A stretch of DNA of 63,295 nucleotides, the filler included, from Stramenopiles sp. TOSAG23-3 (taxonomy: Eukaryota): the NCBI GenBank assembly GCA_900128585.1. It is 9 parts of 9 records of this genome, joined end to end, with 100 filler letters (N's around TTAATTAATTAA, not from the genome) between each part and the next. Parts side by side here need not be neighbours in the genome. Positions count along the whole stretch, not along the records: positions 28,204 to 35,148 come from LT643227.1; positions 35,249 to 42,187 come from LT643228.1; positions 42,288 to 49,226 come from LT643229.1; 6 more parts are not named here. One strand, given 5' to 3'. The position numbers were made by a program, and so were the translations under genes. This document shows positions 33,855 to 44,264 of this stretch, piece by piece. The number at the start of each line of letters is the position of its first letter. The first letter of the stretch is position 1. Below the pieces are notes generated by a model, which saw only the letters and a program-made list of their open reading frames with translations, made no database searches and was not told the origin of the DNA.

Positions 33855-34838
33855 TTAAAGATGGACGGAGAACACCGTAAACAGAAGCGCGCTGGTGATA
33901 ACTGACCATGGTACCAGGCTGGCACCACCGCATTCCTGGCAGGTGTCTTCGTTTCCAGGACATTCAAATTGCTGGAGGGCTTCCACCGTACACCCATCCT
34001 CTCCGCATATTGGGTTGCACGCTTTAGGATGGTCAGAACCACAGTCTTTATTACAACGCAATTTCCCGCTAGTTTCTCTAAATGCAGACTCCCCTATCGA
34101 TTCCACGCCCTCTCCAATCTCCACCGACGTAAGACTGGTGCACCCGTCGAAAGCCATGTCTCCTATCGAAGTCACACTGTTCGGGATAGTCACCGACGTA
34201 AGGCTGGTGCACCCCCTGAATGCTTCGTATTCTATCGAGGTGACACCTTTCCCAATCTCCACCGACGTAAGGCTGGTGCACTCCTGGAATGCATGCCCTC
34301 CTATCGAAGTCACACTGTTCGGGATAGTCACCGACTTAAGACTGGTGCACCCAACGAATGCGTGGCTTCTTATCGAAGTCACACTGTTTGGTATGGTCAC
34401 CGACGTAAGACCGGTGCACTCATCGAATGCGCCGTCTCTTATCAAAGTCACACTGTTTGGAATGTTCACCGATGTAAGGCTGATGCACTTCCTGAATGCC
34501 TCGTGTCCTATCTCAGTGATGTTGTTCGGTAACGTCACCGACGTAAGGTCGTAGCAGTATTGGAATGCATACCCTCCTATCGAAGTGACACTGTTTGGTA
34601 TGGTCACCGACGTAAGACCAGTGCACTGACTGAATGCAAAATCCCCTATCGAAGTGACGTTGTTCGGGATCGTCACCGACTTAAGACTGGTGCACTGAAT
34701 GAATGCAAAATCCCCTATCGAAGTGACGTTGTTCGGGATCGTCACGTGTCCGTTAGAGTCAGGTGCAATCCAACACCCCGCATAAGCAGTTTGGAGGCAG
34801 AGCAAAGCCGCAACGCATACAAGCATACCAGCAGACAT
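33855..34838 (-). CDS. BspA-type (LRR_5/TpLRR) surface protein with signal peptide and C-terminal GPI/TM anchor
   Basis: About ten 23-aa repeats VTIPNSVTSIG..AF..CTSLTS; hydrophobic N- and C-termini; Cys-rich stalk. Confidence 0.9.
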   Translation of the reverse strand: MSAGMLVCVAALLCLQTAYAGCWIAPDSNGHVTIPNNVTSIGDFAFIQCTSLKSVTIPNNVTSIGDFAFSQCTGLTSVTIPNSVTSIGGYAFQYCYDLTSVTLPNNITEIGHEAFRKCISLTSVNIPNSVTLIRDGAFDECTGLTSVTIPNSVTSIRSHAFVGCTSLKSVTIPNSVTSIGGHAFQECTSLTSVEIGKGVTSIEYEAFRGCTSLTSVTIPNSVTSIGDMAFDGCTSLTSVEIGEGVESIGESAFRETSGKLRCNKDCGSDHPKACNPICGEDGCTVEALQQFECPGNEDTCQECGGASLVPWSVITSALLFTVFSVHL

Positions 34839-35289
34839 GTTGAATCGACCCTTTCTCTTCCAAAAGGGTATGTTTTTCAAAAACTATATTCTTTGCGTTT
34901 CGTTCAGTCTCCGCCTCTTTTTCTTTGATTTTCAAATTATTTAGTATTATTTTTTTATTTTTTTATTAACTAATGATATCTTCGCTTATTACTACTTATT
35001 TAATCGTGGTTTATTATAGCATTTTTAAAACAACAATTTTGTTTTGTTTTGTTTTGTTCATTCTAGACCTATATTATTAAATTGTATTTTTTTTGGCGCG
35101 AGTCCTTCTTCTTTCTTTTATCTTCTTCTTTCTTTTTCTTCTTTTTTTNNNNNNNNNNNNNNNNNNNNNNNNNNNNNNNNNNNNNNNNNNNNTTAATTAA
35201 TTAANNNNNNNNNNNNNNNNNNNNNNNNNNNNNNNNNNNNNNNNNNNNCATCGACATGGTTTGGAATGGAGCGTCGGCTGCGGTTTACC

Positions 35290-36993
35290 ATGCTTCGTCT
35301 CTTTTTGTTCGCTAGCTTCGTCGGGGTGGCGCTGGCCGGGGAGTGGGACTGTGCTTCTACCACCGGGGTATTTGAGTTGAGTACGGACTGTACGGTGAGC
35401 AGCCAAATTGTCGTCACCGGCTCGTTGAATATCACTGGAATCCCAGATGCCAACGGTATCTTGCCAAAAATCATCGGCGGCGGGTCGAATCGTTTGTTCA
35501 AAGTGGAGAGCGGCGGGGAGCTTTATATTGGTTATGTCAACATGACCAGAGGTGACCTCACAGATGGGTCTCTAACTGGTCTAGACAGATACGGCGCTGC
35601 TGTTTTTGCAGATGGAACATCTGGTGGAGCAAAATTTGACGCTAGGCATGTTGTCATTTCAAGTAACAGGGCTGTCTATGGAGGTGCTGTATATGGCCAT
35701 CAAGGTGCTATCGTCATTCTTTTCAATTGCAAAATTAGGCATAACGAAGCAACAGAAGGAGGGGGCTGTTGTTTTGCAGACAAGGGCAATTCACGGTTAA
35801 CAATATCTGGCGGAACTGTAATTGAACATAATAGTGCAAACAGTGGGGGAGCCATTTACTGTTATCAGGCTATATGCACTGTAGAAGATGGTACAATAAT
35901 CCGTTTCAATTCCGCATCCAGCAGTGGGAGTCAACAAGGAGGGGGAGCCATTTTTACGTATCGAGGGAACACTGTTACATTGCGCGATTCTTATATCTAT
36001 GAGAACAACGCAGTTGCTGGTCGAGGAGATATCATTTATACATTGAAGAATAATGCCGAACTGCCAAATATTTACATATCCAACGTGGTATTTGGTGTTG
36101 ATGAAACAAATGGATTTGGAGGTGATGGCTGTGCAGGAACAAGCAATTATTGTAACACAAACATATGCAATCAACACCCAACTTACTGTGACTATCTACC
36201 AAATTCAACTTGCATTGACCGTGCAAATAATTTAGGAGTGATATGTGCTCAAAACTGTTCCGTAGGCTACCAAAAAGCTGGAACATTAAACCACACATGC
36301 GCAGCATGCCCCGCAGGCAAATTTTCTAGCTCATGGAATCAATACAGTTGCCAATCGTGGTCCGATTGCACCGCCGGCCAGTACATCTCTACCAACGGCA
36401 CAAGCAGCACCAACCGTGTATGCAGCAGCTGCATTACCGGGACGTATTCCACCACCGCCAACGCATTCTCTTGCACCGCTTGGTCCGATTGCGTAGCGGG
36501 TCAGAAGATAGTTGCCAACGGCACGAGCAGCACCGACCGTACCTGCGAAGCATGCCCCACTGGAAAATTTTCTGCTGCAACGAATCAAAACGCTTGCACA
36601 AATTGGACCACTTGCAACGCTACGACCGAAGTGGAAAGCAGTGCGGGTTCTGCGACAGCGGATAGAGTCTGTGCGGCCGCTGGAAGTCCCTCGCCATCGG
36701 GTGATAGCCCGTCACCAGCAGGGAATTCGCCGTCACCATCGGGTGATAGCCCGTCGCCGGCAGCAGATTCGCCATCGCCGGCAGGAAGTTCGCCATCGCC
36801 GTCAGGAAGTTCGCCATCGCCGGCAGGAAATTCGCCATCGCCGGCGGGAAGCTCGCCATCGCCGGCAGCCAATGCCTCCACCACCGATGTGCCGAATGAA
36901 TTGAGCGCTGCTCATCGGTACCGGCCAGACCTTTCCCTGTTCGGGGTGTGGATGGCATCGACGTGCATTCTGGTAACGAAGATGGGATTGTGA
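35290..36993 (+). CDS. Secreted adhesin-like protein: PMP-type beta-helix, three TNFR-like Cys repeats, SPSP mucin stalk, GPI-like tail
   Basis: Signal MLRLFLFASFVGVALA; N.A..GGAI/V repeats; C..C..G.FS...N...C..W..C repeats; nine 7-aa xSPSP(A/S)(G/A) repeats. Confidence 0.85.
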   Translation: MLRLFLFASFVGVALAGEWDCASTTGVFELSTDCTVSSQIVVTGSLNITGIPDANGILPKIIGGGSNRLFKVESGGELYIGYVNMTRGDLTDGSLTGLDRYGAAVFADGTSGGAKFDARHVVISSNRAVYGGAVYGHQGAIVILFNCKIRHNEATEGGGCCFADKGNSRLTISGGTVIEHNSANSGGAIYCYQAICTVEDGTIIRFNSASSSGSQQGGGAIFTYRGNTVTLRDSYIYENNAVAGRGDIIYTLKNNAELPNIYISNVVFGVDETNGFGGDGCAGTSNYCNTNICNQHPTYCDYLPNSTCIDRANNLGVICAQNCSVGYQKAGTLNHTCAACPAGKFSSSWNQYSCQSWSDCTAGQYISTNGTSSTNRVCSSCITGTYSTTANAFSCTAWSDCVAGQKIVANGTSSTDRTCEACPTGKFSAATNQNACTNWTTCNATTEVESSAGSATADRVCAAAGSPSPSGDSPSPAGNSPSPSGDSPSPAADSPSPAGSSPSPSGSSPSPAGNSPSPAGSSPSPAANASTTDVPNELSAAHRYRPDLSLFGVWMASTCILVTKMGL

Positions 36994-37017
36994 CATGTTG
37001 GTGAATGAGCTTAGGAT

Positions 37018-37356
37018 GGGTACGGGAAAACGGGATTTTTTGCACGGTTTGTATATTTCAAATTCTTAGCGGAGTGCATGTGCCAACTACCGGCAGGTGG
37101 AAGATATTGTTCCGCTCGTGTGAGGGTATATACGCATCGTGCATTGTTTCACGTTTTTCCGAAGAATATATTTTTTATATCTGACCGTGGAACATGGAAA
37201 AAGAATGGGTACGGGAAAACGGGAAAATTTTCACGGTATGTATATTTTTATATTTTCAGAAAAACATATCTACCAACTGCCGGCAGGTGGAAGATATTGT
37301 TCCGCCCGTGCGAGGGAATATGCACATCGTGCATTTTTTCACGTTTTCCCGTAACC
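37018..37356. mobile_element. Two tandem copies of a ~150-bp MITE-like element with terminal inverted repeats
   Basis: Copy 2 (37207-37356) begins GGGTACGGGAAAACGGGAAAA and ends TTTTCACGTTTTCCCGTAACC (19/21 inverted match). Copy 1 starts at 37018; period 189 bp. Confidence 0.6.
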
Positions 37357-38002
37357 TATGTTTTGATTTTACGATTTATATTTTTATAAGTACAGGGTAA
37401 CAAACATAATATCCTTTTATTATCATATATGTTAAAAAAATACTCCACAGACATTCTCGTTGCAAAGGCTTTGCGGGAATGCGCATATTCCACGCCCCTG
37501 TAGCAATCCCTGCTACCGGGCGCGTGCTCAGTCTTCACGCATGCAGGCGCTCGCTGCCAGCACGTTCTTCCGCAGCAATGTGTTCCGCCTGCTTTTTGCG
37601 AATCCATTCCACGGCTTCGGCGCAGACCGCCTCTTTGTCATCGACTTTGAATATTAATATTGTAATAAATATAATACCAAGGGTAACTATAAAAGCAAAT
37701 CCTTTTTTGTTCTAAAAAATAATTCTTTACTTTTATTAAATGCTGTGTCTATACTATTATAATAAAAATATAATAATACTATTGAATACACACCACTACA
37801 TAAAAACAAACCGCTCTCTCTCTAACATTTTTTCCACGTGGTTTATAGAGTGCCCAATATTTTCTTTTCCAGCACGAATATGCAATGAGGGTCACAAAGG
37901 TAACTGTGGTGGCGCCAGCAGCAATCGCTGCCGAGCCCAGGACAGGCGCCCGCGAATAGAACATTAATAACTCTTGGCATAATAGTTATACATAGGGACA
38001 AT

Positions 38003-38938
38003 TCAACTGATTGCACGCCTTACCTTGGTGCTTTTCGAGGGCGAATAAACGATTCCTACCTGCTTTAAATCTTTCATGAACACTTTGTTTTTGGTCCACT
38101 GCCGATGTTCTAGACTTCCGTGTCTGCGCTTGCCCACCTGATTCTTATAAACTATTTGATCACTGATGCTATAAAGATCACGGCCGGATGTGCCCTTCTC
38201 AGTGTAGATCGGCAAAAGGTCGGAGGTGTCCGCACGAAACGATCTGCTTTGAAACGCGTAAATTCTTAACGTATCAAACAATTCGTGCCGTTCGGCTTCG
38301 TACGTATCCCTCGACTCTTGGCTTTTTAGGAACATAAAACACGCTAGTAGAGAGGGATAAAAGTCTTTCTTGTATCCATTCTCTATCACCTCATGAGCAT
38401 GCCGCGCAAACATAGAGTTGAATTTTCCATAGTACGCTTCTAAAGATTTGCAAAAGCCTGGAAACTGCTTTGGGCGCTTGAAACAATCGATTCGGGCCAC
38501 AGATCCGTGGGTTAGCGCAAGCCAAACTGTGATTGCAGTTTGGTGGTCACCGTTAGCAAAAGTGCATTTCATCAAGTTAAAAAAAAATCGAAAGTTTTGT
38601 TTGATTTCGTGCGTTTTGGACCTTTCACTATCGAATGACAAGATTGCCTTTACTGTGTTCAAGACGGCGCTGTGCAACATGGCCTCAGCAGTCCCGTCCT
38701 TCCTATCAGACCCTTTTTCGTCAACCCCAACGGAATCTTCTTCGCTCAGCACTAATGCATATAGCGCTTTAGAACATTGAAACATTTTATCTTGCATAAA
38801 CTCTAAATGGTCATCGTAGCCCGTGTGAAACAGCGAGCACACTAAGTTCTTCAGTTTATGCCGCGAACGCATCTTCGGGCACATGCCGAGCAAGAACAAT
38901 CGTTTTCCCTCTTCGCATAGTGGCGCAGTCGTAGTCAT
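38003..38938 (-). CDS. Divergent RasGEF (CDC25-like) domain protein
   Basis: FRFFFNLMKCTFANGDHQTAITVWLALTHGSVARI and FYPSLLACF align by eye with the CDC25 conserved blocks. Confidence 0.5.
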   Translation of the reverse strand: MTTTAPLCEEGKRLFLLGMCPKMRSRHKLKNLVCSLFHTGYDDHLEFMQDKMFQCSKALYALVLSEEDSVGVDEKGSDRKDGTAEAMLHSAVLNTVKAILSFDSERSKTHEIKQNFRFFFNLMKCTFANGDHQTAITVWLALTHGSVARIDCFKRPKQFPGFCKSLEAYYGKFNSMFARHAHEVIENGYKKDFYPSLLACFMFLKSQESRDTYEAERHELFDTLRIYAFQSRSFRADTSDLLPIYTEKGTSGRDLYSISDQIVYKNQVGKRRHGSLEHRQWTKNKVFMKDLKQVGIVYSPSKSTKVRRAIS

Positions 38939-39966
38939 GTTGGTGGGGGGGGGGGTTGATAAATTTGATAAGGCTATCGCTTTGTGGTTGATCAATTCTC
39001 CTTTCAAAAAATCAATTTTGTTCTCTCGTTCTTTTATTTCAATCGTTAAAACCCTTTTTGTCGTCTTCCCTTTTTTGTCGTAGAGAGACATGTATAGATC
39101 TATCAACAAATCAAATGATGAAGAAGAAGAAGCAGAAGAAAGAGCGCGAGGAGGAGGAAAAGAAGAACGAAAGAGAAGAGGAAAAAAAACTAAAAAAAGA
39201 AAAACAATCCAATGCTGTGTACGTAGTATACTATTAATATTTATGTTTTGAATTCATGATTTTTTTAATAATAATTTATTTATTATTATTATTATTTCTT
39301 CTTCTCTCTTCTTCTCTTCTTCTTTTTTTTTTTTGCGAAGAAAGATGAAGATGATGATTGAAGAAAGAAGCGAAGAGAAGAAAGAAGAGAAGATGATGAT
39401 ATTCTAAATTATCCATAATTAAGGTTTAATATTTCGATAAGGAAGTTATTTGTCCCTTCTTCCGGTTTTATTATTCGTCCCTTCTTTTTTAGGAATAAAT
39501 CCTTTGTTCTACATTCTATTTATATATATTTACATCTACAATTGACACCAATTTTAGTTAAAAAACAATTAATTTTTTCCCCCTATATCTATACAGACAC
39601 ATATACTATATTTCCTTAATAATAATTGTGATTGACATTTGATTCTGAGCTTTTCCCGAATGCTATTCGTACCGTACGGGCGTACGGGTACTAAATAATT
39701 AAAACTTTTCATAATAAAGAATAATAATAAATAATGGTGATGGTTAGAAGTCATCAGCAGAGTCAGTCCATTTTATAATAAATATTAACTTTTTCTCTTT
39801 TGGAGTATTTTCTCTTAATGAATAATTAGAGGACGGTGAGAGGAAGCCTTTGTGTTTGTTTTGATTTTTGTGTTGTATACCCATATTTTTACACGGGTGA
39901 ATAAATAGAAAAAAATTAAGCAATACAAATTCAAATTTTCTTTCTCCGTCTTGCACGTCGTGGATT

Positions 39967-41871
39967 ATGAGAGTTTATTATGCCGCAATCGTCGTCGTTG
40001 TAATCGTTGTCTCCAGCAGCACAGAATGCCTGGGAACAGCGGCAAAGTCTCTTGTGCTGCCAGCTAACTTGCCGGACGTATGGGGTGGGAATACGTCTGC
40101 TCCACCTGGAGGGGTATTAGGGGGATGTTCCGGGTGGCTGTTTGGATTTTCAGGACTGGACGGTTTGGGCTCGGAAATACATAATTTTGCGGCGTTGGTA
40201 GAAGGGGAAACGGTGAACAGCTTCGACTTACGATTCTGTGGGCTGCAACGGTCGCCGTCGCCAGTCCTAAGCCTTACAGCGAGTGTCAACCTCCACGACG
40301 ACGACACAATAAAGGTAGCGACGAACGATCTGCTTATACTAGGCCATGCCTCTACAGCCTTGACGTTTTCAAAGTGGAACGTGCTGGTCGGGACAGGCTT
40401 TGACACGGCCAGCTTAAAAGAGGGGGTCCCGAGCAAAGCGGACAAACACTGCTTCGGGGTTACGACACGAGACGGAGCAATATCGCTATGCCGCTCGCCG
40501 GGTACTAGCGCCTTTGCGCTTGCCTTCAGCAATGTAAGCTCCATCGATGCCATGAAGACTGCTGACAAGACACTGTCTGAACTTGACATGACCTCCCTGA
40601 TACAGGAAAGGCTACAGCAGTACAATGACACCCACGGCCTTCCCAAAGTCTTGAAGGGTCGAGAGAAACTTCGCAACAAGTGCGTGAGTATAATGAGGGT
40701 AAACGCCCTTGCCCCAGAGGGGCTGATTAAACAGCATTGGTCAACACCGGACCGAATGCCGCACACGTGGATGTGGCTTTGGGATAGCTGCTTTCACTCG
40801 ATCGCCATGAATTTAATGCCGTCTATTCCTTTACTCGGGGGGATTCCCGGGCACACGATTGGGTGGGAGTACCTCAAATCTGTGCTGGATGCAGCGGGGC
40901 CAAACGGTGCAATCTCTATCAAGCGCACTCCTACTAGTGCAGGCACCAAGGTAGACCAGACCCAACCCCCTTTATTATCGTGGGCAGTATGGCAAAATTA
41001 CAAAGCAGGCAAAGCGGCATGCGGAAAGAGCTCGCAGTGTACGATAAATGTGCTTGACCGGTTGAAGTACGCCTTTCCGCGTCTCGAAGGGTACTTGATG
41101 TGGGACAAGACCAACCGAATCGACCCAAACCACAAAGTACTGGGGTTTTCGTGGATAAAAGGCACCGAGTCCGGGATGGACAACTCCCAGAGGTTTGACG
41201 ACGACGTAACGAAAGGCGACATCCGTTCCATGATTGCAGTTGACTTTTCCACATTTTTTGCACTTGATAGTTCGCACCTCAGCCAAATTGCCTTGGAACT
41301 TGAAAATGCCGACGCACACAGCAAATGGTCGCAGCTGAGCGAGAACGTATCGTCCGTCGTCCACAACTACCTTTGGGACCACGAAAAACAATTTTATTTC
41401 GATCGCAGTTCCAGCGATGGGCAATTTTCAGAAATTGCCAGCGTTGCCTCCTTCCTTCCCATGCTCTTGGACGATTTCCCGGCGACCAAACGGCTGGCCA
41501 GCTTGACAAAGGCACTGGCGAATGAGAAAACGTTCAACACCCCCATCTCTATCCCTTCCGTCTCGTTGCAAACGAAGGAGTTTTCGACGGACATGTGGCG
41601 CGGACCAATGTGGATCAACACAAACTATTTTGTCATACGGGGGCTGCGAAAGCATGGCCAAGACGAGTTGGCATCGAAAATTCTAAAAACCACTATAGCG
41701 TGCGTTGAAAAGTGGTACCAGGACACAGGGGTATTTTATGAGTTTTACGACGCTACAGGAAAAGCAGACCCTCGGACCCTTATGCGAAAGGGTGCTAAAA
41801 CGGGTGGGGTTCGGGATTACCATTGGACGGCTGCGTTGATATTGCAGCTTCTTGTCGACGAGAAGCCGTGA
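39967..41871 (+). CDS. Secreted (alpha/alpha)6 glycoside hydrolase, GH63/MGH1/trehalase-like
   Basis: Signal peptide; WLWDSCFH, TQPP, ESGMDNS.RFD, WRGPMWINTNY, EFYD. Confidence 0.85.
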   Translation: MRVYYAAIVVVVIVVSSSTECLGTAAKSLVLPANLPDVWGGNTSAPPGGVLGGCSGWLFGFSGLDGLGSEIHNFAALVEGETVNSFDLRFCGLQRSPSPVLSLTASVNLHDDDTIKVATNDLLILGHASTALTFSKWNVLVGTGFDTASLKEGVPSKADKHCFGVTTRDGAISLCRSPGTSAFALAFSNVSSIDAMKTADKTLSELDMTSLIQERLQQYNDTHGLPKVLKGREKLRNKCVSIMRVNALAPEGLIKQHWSTPDRMPHTWMWLWDSCFHSIAMNLMPSIPLLGGIPGHTIGWEYLKSVLDAAGPNGAISIKRTPTSAGTKVDQTQPPLLSWAVWQNYKAGKAACGKSSQCTINVLDRLKYAFPRLEGYLMWDKTNRIDPNHKVLGFSWIKGTESGMDNSQRFDDDVTKGDIRSMIAVDFSTFFALDSSHLSQIALELENADAHSKWSQLSENVSSVVHNYLWDHEKQFYFDRSSSDGQFSEIASVASFLPMLLDDFPATKRLASLTKALANEKTFNTPISIPSVSLQTKEFSTDMWRGPMWINTNYFVIRGLRKHGQDELASKILKTTIACVEKWYQDTGVFYEFYDATGKADPRTLMRKGAKTGGVRDYHWTAALILQLLVDEKP

Positions 41872-42055
41872 AATAATTTGTTTTCAGTCTGGGACAATAT
41901 ATTTAAAATGTACTTCGTACTAATTAAATTATGATTATACGCCTACGCGCCGCATGGAAAGTTTTCCTAATTCGTGAGCTTATCTCATAAGTAATTTAAT
42001 TCCTTATCCATTAAAATATGACATACGTACTTAACATATGTTATATTGATATCAT

Positions 42056-42135
42056 AAAAACAAGAAAATTGGCTGTTATTTAAGTAATTAAATTTAGCTT
42101 CGTCGTATCCTAATCCTAACTTGGTTCTGTAATTT
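42056..42135. repeat. Dispersed intergenic repeat copy
   Basis: About 45 nt identical to 61394-61439, followed by the shared CCTAACTTGGTTCTGTAATT. Confidence 0.85.
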
Positions 42136-42287
42136 CGTCTCATTGATGGTTGTCAATCATCATTTTTTTTTATAGTGGAGTCCATGANNNNNNNNNNNNN
42201 NNNNNNNNNNNNNNNNNNNNNNNNNNNNNNNTTAATTAATTAANNNNNNNNNNNNNNNNNNNNNNNNNNNNNNNNNNNNNNNNNNNN

Positions 42288-42923
42288 ATCCCGGCGTTCC
42301 TGGTGTTCTCGGTCAATGTCATCGAGTTGCTGGATCATTGCCCCCTTCATAATCAAAAACATAAGCACCACCCCAATAACGATCCCTATGGACAGGTTCA
42401 AAAATGCGGGCATGGGGGCGTTCTTGTACATTTGTACCATGACCAGGAGAATGTCCCTCCACACGATTCGCCACACCACTTGAACGACGGTAAAATCTAA
42501 TGGGATGGGGACGGGCCTGCTGAACTTGAACCCGCCGTCCGCGAACGCTTGGACCTCCGCGAGCGTTCGGTGCTTGCTCCGGTACGGGTAAATTTTTCCC
42601 GCGTGAAAGACCATGACGGTCGGAAACTTTTCAACCGAAAACCGCTCGGCCAGCCTTGGCTCTTTCTTCACGTTCACCGTCGCGAAAGACAGCTTTCCGA
42701 AAAGTCGTGAAGACAGTTTGTTGAACGTCGGCTCGAACTTTTTGCAGTGCTTGCACCAAGGGGCGTAGAAGAACACGATCCAATCCTTCTTGCTGCTGAT
42801 GTTCGTAACCTGGGTGACCCCTTCAAAGTTTTCATACCGAAGCGGGATAACGTTCACGACTGACGTCGCCGGGGTGGCCAGCTGGACGGCAACCATCAGG
42901 GGCACCCACAGAAGGGCGCGCAT
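42288..42923 (-). CDS. Thioredoxin-domain transmembrane protein (TMX-like), 3' truncated
   Basis: Signal peptide, FYAPWCKHCK, C-terminal TM helix. Confidence 0.85.
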
Positions 42924-44264
42924 TGCTTTCTTTGAGCGTGGACGGGGTGGGGGCGCCCTCTTTTCCCTTTCCTGGAACCGTTTGTGTTGGATTGAAACTG
43001 AGTGAGAGATGAATGAGCACAATGAGAATTAAATCGTGTCTTTGTTTATGGTTGGTTTGAATACAAGTGTGGATAGAAAGAGGGGAAGATTGTATTTTGT
43101 TTGTTGCTGAAAGAAGAGGAGAGAAGGAAGTGTGAAAAGTAGAAGGAGGAATAATGGAGGTTCTCTGGGCTCAGGGCTCAGGGCTCTAGGAAATTATTAT
43201 ATAATTATTTTATACTGGTATAATTATATTTAATAGGAATAGATTTTAATGTGTTGGCTTCATTGTTAGATATTTATTTGCATTAGTATTTGGGTTAATA
43301 GGTATATTGTATTTTAATATAGTGAAGCAGTACAAACTCTTGATTTGGGTTGGTTGTTTTCTTTTCCTTTTTTTCTCTTCATTATTATACAGTATCTTCC
43401 TTCTCTTCTTCTTCATTCAAAATTTATTTTCAGTTTCAGTTTTTTTCCCTGTACAACGAAACTCTGTAAGGATAATTGGTCCTTTGCCAAGAGCTTATTG
43501 AGTACCAACTTTTGGTCGTATTAGCTTTGATATTGATGCAAGGGGTTTGTGCCAACTAATAACCGAAGAACACACGAAACATCTCACAACTCCGTTTATA
43601 TGTTAAGGAGGGGGGGAGCAAACTCGAACTGCTTCAAAAACCGTTGTCTATTTGAGTACAGAGTACGGTACAGGAATGCAGGTAGGTACAAAGGGATTTA
43701 ATAGACTGCAGAGGCACGGGAAGATCAGATGCTGGATTTCCTTACGCGGGTAATCGGAAGTGAAATAATGCTGGGATTAACAGTGTAGTACTGGTTGCAT
43801 CCAGTGTGTGCTCTATAATGTTAAGGAAAAAGAGTTTTATCGATGGTCCCTTGTTGTCTTATTAAAAAAGGGAGAGATATAGCACGAAGTGTGCCCCAGT
43901 ACGGTACCATTAAATATTTGAAGACACTGCAATGCTATCATCTTGCTCGAACAACAGCTGTATTTTATGTTACCTTCCAACTTCCGAGGCCTGCACCGTT
44001 CTGGAATCTTTCAACAACGAGAAAAATTAGCTCGTATGAAGCAGGCGGTATATTTTGGACCAAGAATTCTCAGAACAACGTGCCCTCTTCCTTGGGTACA
44101 AGAGCAACGAAATTTGAGCGAAACGGAAAACTAACTTGGCAGTCGCTTGTGAACCCAGAGTATTTGCCAACGTGTGTGGCACTTCGTGGAGCGTTTGGTG
44201 TTCCCGGTAGTTTGAAAAGACGACTTTTTGGTAATTAATTTTTTGATAACTTAGAACTGTTATA

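Noticed and set aside
33900-34750. Regular repeats resembling a CRISPR array (also the WD40 and SPSP repeats)
   Set aside because: In-frame protein repeats with no unique spacers and no cas genes; eukaryotic context.
37530-37964. Possible small two-exon membrane protein on the minus strand
   Set aside because: Two hydrophobic frames exist, but no consistent splice donor or homology could be established.
43843-44238. 131-aa ORF upstream of the large surface gene
   Set aside because: No recognisable motif; cannot be supported.
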